From Mobula hypostoma (lineage: Eukaryota): a stretch of DNA of 64,000 nt. The notes below the pieces were generated by a model. That model was not told the origin of the DNA. It did not search any database and saw only the letters and a list, made by a program, of their open reading frames with translations. Positions 10,228-23,753 of this stretch are shown here, one piece after another (the stretch's first letter is position 1; every line of letters starts with the position of its first letter). The DNA lies in contig NC_086097.1 of assembly GCF_963921235.1 (NCBI RefSeq), positions 96,102,001-96,166,000 on the forward strand, read 5' to 3'. Position numbers and translations under genes: made by a program.

Positions 10228-10395
10228 AGTTGGAGAGAAGAATAGTGTATTTTACTATGTTAAGTTACACAGCAAAGCCAGTCACAGATAAAGCAGGGCC
10301 AGGTTAAATGGTGAAAATGAGATATGTAAGGGGAACTGGGGAGATTTTGTACGAAGCTGATAGGTAATATATGGTCAGAAAACAAGGGAAGATTA

Positions 10396-11410
10396 AAAAC
10401 AGAATGCCGGAAACACTCAGCAGGTCAGTCAGCATCTCTGAAAAGAGAAAGGGAGTTAATGTTTCTGACTGGAAACCCTTTATCAGTACTGTGAAGGAAA
10501 GAAATCAGGTTAATTTGACAGACCACAGGGGGGATGGGAATATACCTGGGCTGAGACCAAATTACTAATGATTATTGAAGGCAGATTATGCTGCTTAGGC
10601 TGTGCTTTTAGTGGGGCTGTGGGATGCACCCAGTAGGTCAATTTACACTTTAGAGAGAGAAGGGGGGAAGAAAAGCCAAAATCATGTATGAATTACAGGC
10701 AGCAATAACCAGTTCTGATACAGACTGAAAGAAGGCAAGTTATCTAAAGTTGGAGAATTTGATATTGAATCTGGAAGTCTGCAGCATGCCCAGGCAGAAA
10801 TTGAGATATTGGTCAAAAAGCTTGCCTGGGCCTTCACAGTGTGGGAGACCAGCAAAGACATCAGAGTGATATAGAGAACTGCATAAACATATCACCCAAT
10901 CTGTGTTTAGTTTCACCAGAACAAAGGAGACCATGAGGTGAACTTGGAATGCACTGCATAAGATCAGAAGAAGTGCAAGAAATTCACTGGTTTACTTGAA
11001 AAGACTACATCCCTGGATGATAGCAAGGGATATGAGGGGAAAGGACGAGTGTAACATCCCTTGCAGTTTCATGGGAATGTGCCATAAAGTTAGAGAGTGG
11101 TTGTTTGAGATAAAAGAGTGGATGAATCATGAAGTGGAGAATCGCTTTGAAACATTTGGTGGATGAACAGACTAGGGAGCAGCAAAGAGACTGAACCCTT
11201 TGAAATGCAAAATGGTGTTCCCTTCATGTACCTATACAGTATCTTCACCATCATTTCTGCAACTGTAATTTAACTGGTTTGTTTCCCAGTTTCAATGAAA
11301 GGTTTCAGGCCTGAAACTTTAACTCTTTCTCTTTCTGTAGTTGATGCTGACCCCCTGAATGTTTACAACTTTTATTTCAGATTTCCAGCATCTGCAGTGT
11401 TTTTGGTTTT
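10396..11410 (-). mobile_element. Old Penelope-like element: GIY-YIG remnant between inverted pLTRs
   Basis: Minus strand gives ..CTSSDLMQCI...LLCSGETKHRLGD and ..YLNFCLGMLQTSRFNIKFSNFR (PLE endonuclease C-terminus). pLTR remnants at 10396-10500 (-) and 11285-11410 (+). Confidence 0.75.
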
Positions 11411-13387
11411 CCTGTAGAGGACGATTTGACTGGTAGTGGAAAAGGCAGAGTTTCTGATTTTGACAAAATGTTTTTGTGTAAGATGTGGGATTTGGTGTAT
11501 ACTTATAGAGCAAGCAAAGGAAGTTGAACATTTTGGTTGATAAAGTTGTGAGACTGGGAGATGCATCTTGAGAGCTGACCTTATTAAGGGAAGGAATAAG
11601 TGGCAATGTGAATGTTTGTTCTGGAAAACAGAGACTTTGCAGCAGCAATGACTGTTTCTGAAGTATTACTGGGATTCTGCATGGTTTCATAAGATAATTG
11701 AAATTACCTTACCTGTCACTTGTTTATTTTTAACTTTTTGAGGCAAGGCTGGAAACTCAGGGCAATGCTCAAAAAAAAGGGAATTCTTCCAAATGGGGAG
11801 GTGGTGTTGGTTGTTATCTCCCTTAAATTATTTTTGTACACTAAAGCAAAGAAATAAAAATGATCATTTATATTGGGTTATAGCAGATGGTAATTCAACT
11901 GAAACTAGAACTTGGCTCTATGTTTTTTTTTAATACAGTGGTTCCTTAAATCTTCAGAATGTGTATTAGTTTAAGTATAAATAGGAGTATGTCTTTTCAA
12001 TTATCCTTGTCTTTTCTAAGAAGATTTGATGTGGCATTCTTTTAATGCAGCTTGAGTTTTAATTGATATTAGAGAATACTGTGTCTGCAAGAAATTCCAC
12101 TACATACTGTGCTATATTGTAGTAATTAGGGATACATTGTAAAACATCACAAAGATGGTGTAAAGGTATTTACATGTGTGTACTTAAGTGCAAACATTTA
12201 TTCTCCCCCCCCCGCCCCCCCCGTCCTCTTGCGATAAACTTAATGGAGTACATTTTGTTTAATGTGTCTCTTGTGGAGAAGGTTGGCTATAAGTAAGCCA
12301 TGGAAATACCGGAGGTGTTTTGGTGATTCCTTTTTATTCCTCCAAAGCAAATAACTAAAACAGAAGGCAAAATGCAGCTTTACAATTAGGTCTTGCCTAA
12401 ATTCAATTCCGATTCTGCTGGGAATGGAAGCTATGTTGTGAATCTGAATTAAATTTAGAAGTAATAAATGCCAGGATAAAAGTGAACATACCAATTTATA
12501 AATTTCTTGAACTTCAAAATTTCTATTGTCAACGTTGACAGCAGTGCAGGATGTTAAGTTGTAAACCTTCCCCTTTTGTAAGTGCTGCAAATATTAAACT
12601 TGTAGTCTGTTAAGTGCAATGAACCTTAAAATTCTGCTTAAATCTTAAATATGTATTAATCCTGTTGATTACACCATAAGTTTACTGTATTCATTGCATT
12701 GCGATATATCCTCGAGGTGTGCAGGATAAAATTGTATTTTGGCATGTTTGCAAGGGCATTTTCTGTTGTAACTGGAAATAGCAATGGAGTGCAGTTTTCT
12801 GTCAAATTGGCTTCTGTTTTTGTGATTAGAGTTATTAATTATTTGAAATGGAGTAGATGCAATTCAAGTGGTGCAACATGGTCTTTGGAGAGATTTGTCT
12901 TGAAGACTAATAAGTGATCTGACTGGATCAAATAAAAAGTGCAAATATTAGTAAATTATTTCTAAATGTGGTTGTGATAATAATTTGGGTACAAGTCAAC
13001 GATGATCACAAAATTTTAACATGGAAATAAGTTTGAACATCTGCTCATTTGTACCTTGGGTTGGTATTTTTCTCAAATAATCTTTAGATGTTTGTATGTA
13101 AGGAAGGGTGTAGAATTTAAATTAGGCCTCTCACAGAGAATGGATTTTTTTTTTTTGAGTAGCCAAGCAAGCCTCAATAGTAAAGTTAATTCCAGAATTG
13201 TATCTCCCTGCTAACTTAGAATCTATATATCTTTCTTTCTAAGATGTTTTTGACAGAACTTCAGTTATTTTCTCTTCCTCATTCTGAATCACTAAGTATC
13301 TCTGGAGCCTCTTACCTCTTACCCATATGTGTATATATAAGTATTCTTCCAATGAAGGGGACTGGAACCAGTGCTATCAAGACTATC

Positions 13388-14020
13388 TGTTGTGTACATA
13401 CTGATGCTTCTGGACACATCTTCAGTGATGTTCCTGGAATCATCGGGTGTTTTCGGGTCTTTCAACATCATACAACCTCCTCCAGGTGACCCAGCCGGGA
13501 CTGATCAGGCCCCAGCTTGTGTCCAGATGGCTAGCTGCTTATGACTCCATGGCTCCCCTCTTTTGAGCCACAGCCATCTTGAGGCCCTCTGTGCTGCATC
13601 GGTGGTACTACGGATGGCTCTCCTCTTCCTCTCTCCCTCGATGCCCAAAATGCTGAAGGCTCTAACTAAGGAACGGGCTGCGAATCCCCTACAACCAACC
13701 CCCTCTGGGAGACACCTTGCTGTCCAACCAGCCTGCTGACAGTTGCTGACCAGTCCTGTGTAGTTGGAGAGCTTCCTTTCAAAAGCCTCTTCCAAGCTAT
13801 CTTCCCATGGGACTGTCAACTCCAGCAGCACCACTTACTTAGTAGACTCAGACACTAGGACTAGGACAGGGTGGTGGCTGTGATACGGTTGTGGAACTTC
13901 AGCTGCCGTTCGAGGTCCACCGACAGCTGCCAGTCCGTTGCAGAGGTCAGGATGCCTGCAGATGTTCTTTTGGCAGGTATTCGATGGTCGGGACCGCTTC
14001 GCCCACTCAACTCCTATCAA
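13388..14020 (-). mobile_element. 3' end of a Hero-like RLE non-LTR retrotransposon (family B)
   Basis: WQLSVDLERQLKF..LVLVSESTK*VVLLELTVPWEDSLEEAFERKL..GCRGFAARSL..ASRWLWLKR is a restriction-like endonuclease domain; a 3' UTR follows. Confidence 0.88.
13409..13527 (-). ncRNA. Candidate non-circularly permuted hammerhead ribozyme in the Hero-B 3' UTR (decayed copy)
   Basis: CTGAAGA (13425-13419), GAAA (13454-13451) and GTA (13473-13471). Stem I tgatgtt/aacatca, stem II gggtc/gaccc, 10-bp closing helix. Confidence 0.6.
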
Positions 14021-14526
14021 TTTTGCTTTGATAAAGAGAGACTAGGCTTTGATTCTGGCTCTGTATTTCTCAGCTAGGTATATTATACAGCAGAGAATTC
14101 CTTAAGATTTGTTCTGCATTTGAGCTGCAATTACTGTATGCATGTTGTGATGGTTCCTCTACATATAATAAGTTCAATATACTTTAATGGTTCCTTGTTT
14201 TGATGGATATTGCCCACTTCCTTGAAAGTCTCACTCTTAAGAGAAGAAATTATATTAAAGCAAAACCTTAGATCCAGTGCCAGAAAAGCTTTGCTGTGGA
14301 ACAAGTTTGTGATTGCTTAACCAAAAATGTAGATATCCTTGGTTTGGCACTAGAATATCACTGATATCTGTGAACATTTTGAGGTTTATGACAGGAAGTT
14401 ATTGATTATTTGCCAGCCTTTTACTTTAGAAAAAGCCTGAAGATGGATACCAGTTTATGCAATCAGGTTTTATTCATACAGTGGATGTACATTTAAGCAC
14501 ATACATCATATATGAATCTAACTTAA

Positions 14527-14694
<168 letters not shown>

Positions 14695-14759
14695 TAGGCA
14701 AAAATGTGTCTTTTGCTTGTTGGCAGGATTGGAGTGAGCCCTTAGTTTTTTTTTACAAT

Positions 14760-15430
14760 TTATGTAAATTAGTTGAATGAACTCAATGAGCTAAATGAAG
14801 CTTGAATTGTTAAAGTTGTGGCACAAAGTAAGAAAGTATGTTGTGAAGACAACTTTTAAAGGGGAGATGGACAGATTGAATGAGTGGACAAAGATCTGCC
14901 AATTGAAGCACAGTGTGAGAAAATAAGAATTTGACAATTTGCAATAAAAATAGAGAAATGTGTTCTTGAGATGGTGAGAGTTTGCAGAGTTGAGAGAGTC
15001 TAGGTATTCTGATGCATAATTTACAAACAGCTAGTATTCGGGTAAAGCAAATAATTAAGGAAGTTAAATTGTTTGAGAGGAGAATTGAATTAAAATTTTA
15101 AAGGCTACAGTTATACAAGACTACCAGTAAGACCACATTGGAATGGTGTGTACAGTATTGGTCTCCTCATTTAAGGAAGGGTGTAAATGCACTGAAGCAT
15201 TGCAGAAAAGATTTACTTGAATAGGTAGGATTTGTGTCCACTGGGATTTTGAAGTTTCAGAACGGACTTGATTGAAAGGTACATGATTATGAGGGATCTT
15301 GACAGGTGAATGCTGCCTTCTTGAGGCAAGCAGATTGCTTGAACATATTTATTGTAGAGGTAAATACATTTTAGATAAAAGGGTGAAAGGTTATCTTGAC
15401 TAGACAAGTATACAGAATTGAAGTTGTAAT
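14760..15430 (+). mobile_element. Highly decayed CR1 3' fragment
   Basis: gtaagaccacattggaatggtgtgtacagtattggtctcctcatttaaggaagg corresponds to [13 protein letters not shown]. Confidence 0.65.
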
Positions 15431-16484
15431 CAGTTCAGTGCAATCCTTTTAATTCTATTAATTTGGCAGTCTAAATATGCCAGATGCATTTAACAGTATA
15501 AAAGAAGTCAAAAATTATGCTTTTCCAAAGTTAAGATTATTTATTACTGCATTATGGAAATCTTGATAAAATTGAGTGTCTTAGTTAAAGAAATCATGAT
15601 GAAAATAATAATTTCTCTTCTCTCATCTCTATCAAGACTGATTTTGTAATGGGCTACAATGAGTAAAATAAATATTTTGGATCTCTTAGTAAGGTATAAC
15701 AGTGCAATCAAAACTGAAGATTAGAGGGCTGTCTTATCAAAAGAGGCTAAACTGTTTGAGTTTGTAATCATGGGGTTTGGAGTGACCTTTCAGAGAAACA
15801 GAAGATCGTGAGGGAACGTAAGATGTTTCCACCAGTGGGAGCATATTGATCGAGGGGTATTGTTACAAGATAAGGGACCTTGAAAAGCAGCAAAATTGTA
15901 CATAACAAATGAAAAGTAGAGGAAAAAGAGGAAGGAGTTGGTGACCTCTTTGTTTACACATAACTAGTGTAAGCACAGTGAGCTGGAGAATGTTATCCAA
16001 AATTAATTTACTTAAGGGTAGGCATTCCATTTCATAATAAGTGTAGTTAACAGCTGTGGACAATACAAACTCAAAAACTACTTCAAATTCAGTGTCAGCA
16101 GCCTATTTTAAAATAACTAAAATATACCTTTACTGGGTGACGAACACTTTGATACAGTATAGTGGAACAGTAATCCATTGTTTTCAAAATGCAATAAAGG
16201 TGAAAGAAATATAATTAACATTTTAGATCAAAAACTCTTGAGTAATTTCTGAGTTAACCTTTGGTTTGAAGCATTAATTCTTTCTCCCTTTCCATAAATG
16301 CTGTATTACTTGCTGAATGTTTCCAGCATTTTCTCTTTTTTTTTCCAGATTTCCAGCATCTGTGGTTTGTTTTTATTGTTATATTACACTTACAGTTGTG
16401 AGAATTATAGTACAGGCAATTAGCTTTGACTATTTCTATCCTTGTTATTAAGACCTCAACTGTGGTTGTTGAAAATAGTTATAA

Positions 16485-16676
<192 letters not shown>

Positions 16677-18160
16677 TAGATTCATTTTGTGTTTGTAGTA
16701 ATCAAATTGGTAGAAATAGGGTGGTATCAATGCAGAGAAGGTTTGTATCAATTGTCTGTATAAAAGTAGACATTAGCTTCAAATCTGGAAAAAAGAACAA
16801 TTTTGCTTTGAGTTTGAATTTTATATGAATGATCAACTATGAAATGGAGAATGCGGTGCCTTGAATTCATCAAAATCTGATCAACTGCAATGTTTAAAAT
16901 ATTCCATTGATTGGTTACAGCACAGTAAGAGGCTGTTTGGACCCACATTTCCATAAAGGCTCATAGACAGAAACTGGTCCTTCATCTCACCACACCATAA
17001 CAACTGAGTACCTATCTGTACTAATCACATTTACTGGAATTTGATCTGTGGCCAAGTATGCCTTGGGATGTGAAGTGCTTTTTGTGGTGCATTTTCTTCA
17101 GTTGGACTCACCCACACTTCCCTTGTAGGTCCACACATGATTTTCTTCCTGCTTATTTATTCTGTTTTGAAAGCAATGGTTCAATCACTTTGTTGGCATT
17201 GTTACAGATCAGAAATGTTCTCTGCATCTTTCTTTGAAACTGAACTTACTGTCTTTGCATCCCTTGCTCCCTACACTCATGTCCATCACTTTTAATCTGT
17301 TTACTTGATCTTTAACCCTTTCGCTAAAAGGTTCTCTGTTTACCCACTTTAATTTATTATAATCTAGTATATTTCTGTCAACTCTTATTTGCTACAAGGA
17401 GGTTATCTCATAATATCATAATCTAATCTCGGGCTTCTTCATCCTTACCTTGTAGCTGAAATCGCTACACTCGAGAACAACTTAGTAAATCCATTTTGTT
17501 CTCTTCCTAGAATCCTCACACATCCTATAAGGTCATGAACTGAACTGGATGTGGCATTCCATTTACAATCTAACCATTGTTTCATATAGATTTAATTTAA
17601 CCTCCCTTTACCATTCCATTATTGCGCATCATTTCGGAACTGTGCCTTTTGAGTACGTATTTTTGATGTCAAAGGGTATTGCTTCATTCTGCTTGTAATA
17701 CATTTCATCTGGACTTTTTTGGACATTCAGCCAATTAATGTCCTCCTGTAGTTTCCTGTCTTCAATTTTTTTGCAATTCCAAGTTTGATGTGCAGATTCT
17801 GAAATTTTACTTTAAGCATCCATATCAAAGATATTATTTTATATAAACACACACATGCGCACACACACATTTCTGATTCTCGCAGTGAGTGGAATAGTTA
17901 TATAACATGTTTGTGATGCTTCAGTTCCTTGTTGCTTAGTAGGTTTTACTCTTAAATGAACTGTGCCAGAAGATTCTGTAATTTTGTGCTATTTACTCAG
18001 CTGGCAAAACTCTGTTTACTTTGCTTTTCTACAATGTTAACATTTCCAGTTAGAGCATGCATAGTTAACCCAAAAGATGTGAAACTAAAAGAAAATAATT
18101 TCTATAATTTGTAATTAAATTGATTAATGTCATTTATGAAATGTTAAAATTGTTTTCTAG

Positions 18161-18283
<123 letters not shown>

Positions 18284-18654
18284 TAGGTGGAATTGATAAG
18301 GTGGTCAGTAAAGATTGTTTCATGAGTTTCTAGATGGTTTCTTGAACTTTGTAGTCAGGTAGCTGTTGGATGGTGATTGGTGTGAAAATCCTAGCAGCAT
18401 TACAATTTCTATCAATGTTCTTAAGTATGTCGAAAATTTTAAAAAGGAACAAAGTTACAAATGAAGAGAGGAAAAGAAAAAATGTGTCAAACTTGCTGTT
18501 TATGCACTGGCAATGTTAAAGGAGTAAACAAAAGTGCAGGCTCATGAGCAACTAAAGTAAGCATCCATATAAACATTTTCATTCCCATCAAAGTTGCCCA
18601 ATATTTGTTCTAACTTGTCATTATACTACCACTTGTTATTCTTTGTGAATCTGC

Positions 18655-19710
18655 AGTCACAAGAAAATCAAAGCAGGAGTATTCCACATAGCCCTTGAAG
18701 TCTACCATGCCATTCAATGTAATCATGGCTGATCTTTTGCTGTGTTCACTCCTCTGCCAGTTCTCCATAATACTCAGTTTCTGGTTCTTTAAAATATTTA
18801 TCCCTTCCTTCAGCATTTTAAGTAATCTGGCCACCAACATTGAGGGAGAGAATTCCAGAGATTCACTTCCTTCTGAGAGAGAAATTACATGCACATTTCA
18901 ATTTTAAATAATCGGCCCCTTATTCTGTAGTTATGTATGCCCTGTTGTTACTCCAACTAGTGGAAGTATTTCAACATCTATTGTTTCAGTAAGGTCACCC
19001 CTCATTCTTCTAAACTCCAACAAATATAGTTCAGAATTGTCTAGCCTTTTGATAGGATGGCCCTCTCGTTTAAGGAATTGCCATGATAAATCTCCTCTGG
19101 TTTGCATCTAATGCTACTTTTCTTGGTGAGGGGCAGATAGGGGGACCCCTACCTGTGCACAGTATTCTGGAAGTATCCTCATCAGTACTGTAACAAAATC
19201 TTTTTTTATTCTCAAATTCTAACTCTTTTCAATAAGGCCATCTCAACTACCTGTTGGATCTGCCTGCTAAACATTTTGTGATTCGTGCACTCGAGCATTC
19301 TAGAACGATTCTTCGAACTTCATTCATTTGTGGTCTCTCTATTTAAATAATAATCTTTTTTTTCTAGATGAAGTGCATGTCCTCATGATCTCACATTAAA
19401 ATCCATTGGTCAGATTTCATCTAATCACTCAATCTATCTACATGCTATTGCAGAATCACCAGGTCCTCATCAAAATATATCCTTCCATCAATTACTATGT
19501 CATTGCCAAATTTAGAAATCTTGCAACTCATTCCCTCCTCCAAGTCCATAATGGAAATTGTAATTTGGCAAAAATTGATCTCTGGTATACTTCAGCCTAA
19601 AAGGGACCTGCTTATTCTACCTCCATTTTCTCTGTGAAAGCCTGTTTTCAACTCATGCTAATGCACTTTCTCCAATACCTTCAACCTCCTCTGTTGTCAA
19701 GCTGGTAGGG
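18655..19710 (-). mobile_element. Decayed CR1 3' fragment
   Basis: aaggtcacccctcattcttctaaactcc and the 3' UTR motif gccattcaatgtaatcatggctgatc match other minus-strand CR1 copies. Confidence 0.7.
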
Positions 19711-20385
19711 ACTGCCCTTGCTCTAGTCTGTTAATAAATTGGACAGTAAGATTTGTTCCCACTCATCTATCATTTTTGAGGGACTACCAAGAATTTATTC
19801 CTGCCCTCCTTCCATTTCTTCAGAGTGCAACCGTCTGTGTTGTCTGCCACGTAAGTGTATAGGAATCCAGCAGAAGACTGCACCTGGGGCCAAGCTGGAA
19901 GAAATTGTAGCCCCAGGGCTATATGTCCAATTATCTCGTGACACAGAAGATCATAGAACTGCCTCTGTATGTTAAAATTGTAAAGTAAATACTATTTATT
20001 TGGAAATTTGGCACTCTGCATTTATACGTTTATTTTCTTGCCTTCTCCTCTTGTCTTGAAAGCTTTTATATCTTGTTAAAGAAAGACTACTTTGATATCT
20101 CAATGCTATTAATGTATTATTATAGAGCTGATCCACTTAGAAGAGTCCACCAGAAAAATTGACCCAGCAATTGTTACTGGATAACATTATGGAGCATAGA
20201 TCCTGGCAGATAATTTTCTCAACCTTTTGGCCGTGGTCAATTTTAATATTCTTTTGATAACAAGTTAGCTCTCAAACAGATATTTACCATTGTAGTTGCT
20301 ATGGTTCAGCTACTCACTAAACAGATTTGCTTTTTTTATTTCCTTGATGTATTAGGACTATATTGTTTTGGAGAATAATAGATGA

Positions 20386-20595
<210 letters not shown>

Positions 20596-20969
20596 ATGTT
20601 AATGACCTGTTCTGTTCTTGTGCTGGAAGTTATAGACAGCAAAGAAAAGCCCCAGGAATATCAGTAATGCTACTTTGTGACTTCACACTACATATTGAGA
20701 GTTCTTGGAAAATTTGACTAGTTTCCACTTTGGAAAGCCACATTGGACTGCTAATGTTCCAAGCAGATCCAAAGTTAAAATGGATCCAGGCGGTATATAA
20801 TTTATTTCAAATCCATACTTATTAAGTTTGGATGAGGTGAAAGTTAGCAGAGAAGACTGCATTGGACAAACTTATTGAGTTCGCTTTAAATCATTTTCTG
20901 ATTGACCAACTGTAATTTAAGTAGCTTGAACCTCTGGCCTGATGAATCACCACTGTGCAAGTTATGAGT

Positions 20970-21356
20970 AATAAAATGGAGTACCCATTGAACACAATGA
21001 GTGATAACTGGCACTGAATGCAAGGCTACTTGTGAGTTATTGAGCATTATAGAAGGAAGAAGAATGAACCATGGAAGCTTCCTATTAAAATGTCTTCCCT
21101 TATCCTAATAGTGGATCAATGAATACAACAATTTTGCAAAAATATGCACTGATACAAAGTCAATTTCCCTTTTTGTGATTATACAAGACCGTACATTAAA
21201 GTGCATAATTCTGTTCAGGTAATAGTGCATATAATTCTGTTAGTAGTTTTTTTTGGGGTTTTTTTTGGGTGCTCTCTTAACAGGTGTCATTTACCTTTTC
21301 TAAACAAAGCTAAAAGAATGCTTAATAATGCAAGGCTTGAAATACATGCAAATAAA
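20970..21356 (+). terminator. Candidate RAD51 polyadenylation signals
   Basis: AATAAA at 20970-20975 and 21351-21356; ATTAAA at 21084 and 21195. The sequence does not show which is used. Confidence 0.4.
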
Positions 21357-22116
21357 CTATTTTGGCAATTTAAGTGTATAAATCGTACTTGGTATTGTTA
21401 CCTTCCTATAACAAAAGAAGCATATGAACAGAGTAAAGAAATTTTTAAAATCAGCATTCCATTTCTCACATCAGTCAAACTGTGCTGTCTTAAATTAATA
21501 TAATTTTAGTTAATTTTGTGCCTTGTATATATTTCAGTAAAGAACTAGTAGGACCTATAGGTAAGAGACATTACTTAAACATTTTGTTTGGACTTAAAGG
21601 CATTTGCAAGTATTGTTTAATCTAAAACATTGGTATGTTGCAGTATAGAGTTGGTTATTTGAATTTTGATGCAGAGGCCTAGTCAGTGGACAGTTAATAG
21701 TGCAGCTATACTTGTATAGTATTTGCAGCTCAAATAGCAGACTTGGTACTGCTAGTCCAGCACCATTTAAACATCACACTACTATACTGTCTTCAACTTT
21801 AGCATTTATTTATCCTTCATGGTTATGAAGCTTTCTCTTGAATACATTTAACCTGGCCTTTATTCTGGGGTCTGAGATTGGGTGGATTGGTTGTGAAATT
21901 AGGAATGTTCCCTAGAATCATAAAAGTCTTAGTGAATTGAAAATCACAAAAGTAATGCTTTGAATCAAGAAGTGAAGAAAACCAAGTACTGGAGGACCGC
22001 CCCTGTCTGCAAATGGAGTAGCAGTAATTTTGTGCTGCTCTTAGTTTTTTTTCTCGCCCCCTAGTTTAAACTTTGAATTTAAAATTTTTATTTGCTGATT
22101 CTTGAGGGGGAACAGT

Positions 22117-22932
22117 ATGTCTATGTCTACGAGAGGTGGGAAGAATTTACCTGAACCTAGTGATAAAGGTAATGGGAAAGGAAAGGTGCAAAGGAAAGAT
22201 CTGATGAAATGCCATCATGGGCTGAAGATATCGTTCGGACACTGAATTCAATTAAGGATCAGAATGGATCAATTAAAGACCAACTGGAAAAGAATAGTAA
22301 TGAAATGAAGTCATTTCTGGGAAAACTTAAAGACCTAGAAACTCAAGTTATTACACATGAAGAGGAATTGAAGATAACTAAGCAAAAGTTGTCTGGAGCT
22401 ACAACTCATTTGGAAAGATATCAAAACAAGATTATAGACCTGGAAACTCGGTCTCGCCGAAAGAATATACAAATTGTTGGGCTGCAAGGAGCTGAAAATG
22501 GAGATTTAACTGCTTACTTTGGTAAGCTTTTCCACACTTTATTTCCTACCATTCTATCAAAGCCGCCTGCTATAGAAAGGGCACACAGGGCGTTTATCTC
22601 AAAATCGAAGGACTCCAGTAAACCAAGATCTGTTATGGTTTGCTTTCATCACTTAAAAATTAAAGATCAAATAATGCGACAGGCAAGAAAACAGAGTTTT
22701 TAGATTTATGGAATCTTAGCTCTGCTTTTACGAAGATTATCCAAGAGAGATAATGGAACAAAGATCAAAATTTGCCCTGGTAATGAAACAAGCATATGAT
22801 TAAAAAAAACTCTTTCCCTCTTTGAGGTATCCGACAAGAATTAAAGTTTTTCCTGCTAATTCTCCTTGTACTTTTATCGATCCAAAAGCTGCACTGGACT
22901 TTGTTCAGGCTATTCCTGCCGCTGCTGAATGA
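22117..22932 (+). pseudogene. L1 ORF1 (coiled coil + RRM), disrupted
   Basis: DLETRSRRKNIQIVGL and IERAHR..KPRSVMVCF are L1 ORF1 motifs; frameshifts and stops present. Confidence 0.85.
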
Positions 22933-23753
22933 ACTATCTGAAAGGCTGTTTGGCTATCTGTATATTATTCGCATTTTGGAAAGAAGATTTATTAAGGTCA
23001 TTTGTGTATTTCATTGAGAGACTAATTAAAGAAGACAAGGAGAGTTGTTCGTTTATTGCATATTGTTGGTTTTCCTTTGGAAAGAAGATTTATGGCTCAA
23101 GTATGACTGTCTAAATGATCATCTGAACATTTGACTGAGAGAAGATAAAGGGATTTGTTCCTTTAATTTAATACTAGGTTTGTTTCTTTTTTTAATCAGC
23201 TAACTGGTAGTTTTTCCTACTAATAGGGCTATATATATATATATTTGGGAGGGTTTAATTACTTATTAATCAGTCTTTTTGAAAATTCAGGTGGGTCAAA
23301 TATACTATTAATTTTTTTTCTGTTTTATTATAACATTTTATAATTGAATTTAAAGCTTTTTTAGGGAATTAATATTAAGCCTAAAGATGGCACTGATTTT
23401 TCTCTCTAAGAGATAACATTATTTTGGTTCTTTCTTTATTAGTTGATGGAATGTAAATACCTTTTTTTGCTGAGACTTGTTTTTTTTTACAAGGTCACTC
23501 TACTTTTTTACTAACTGGGGGGAGGGAAAGAAAACACACAGAGCGGTCAATAGCTTTGAACTCCATCGTAGGTTGCTTGCCTTTTTCGGGCTTCTGGGTG
23601 TTGGTGGGTGGGTTTAGAGTTAGGAGTTTTTTCCCATTGGGTGGTTCCGGAGCATGCGTGTTTTTTTGTGGTTGTATTCTTCATCACCGCCATTTTTGAT
23701 CACCCGTATTGATATGTGCTCTGCGCATGTATAAAGTAGAATAAAATTATAGT

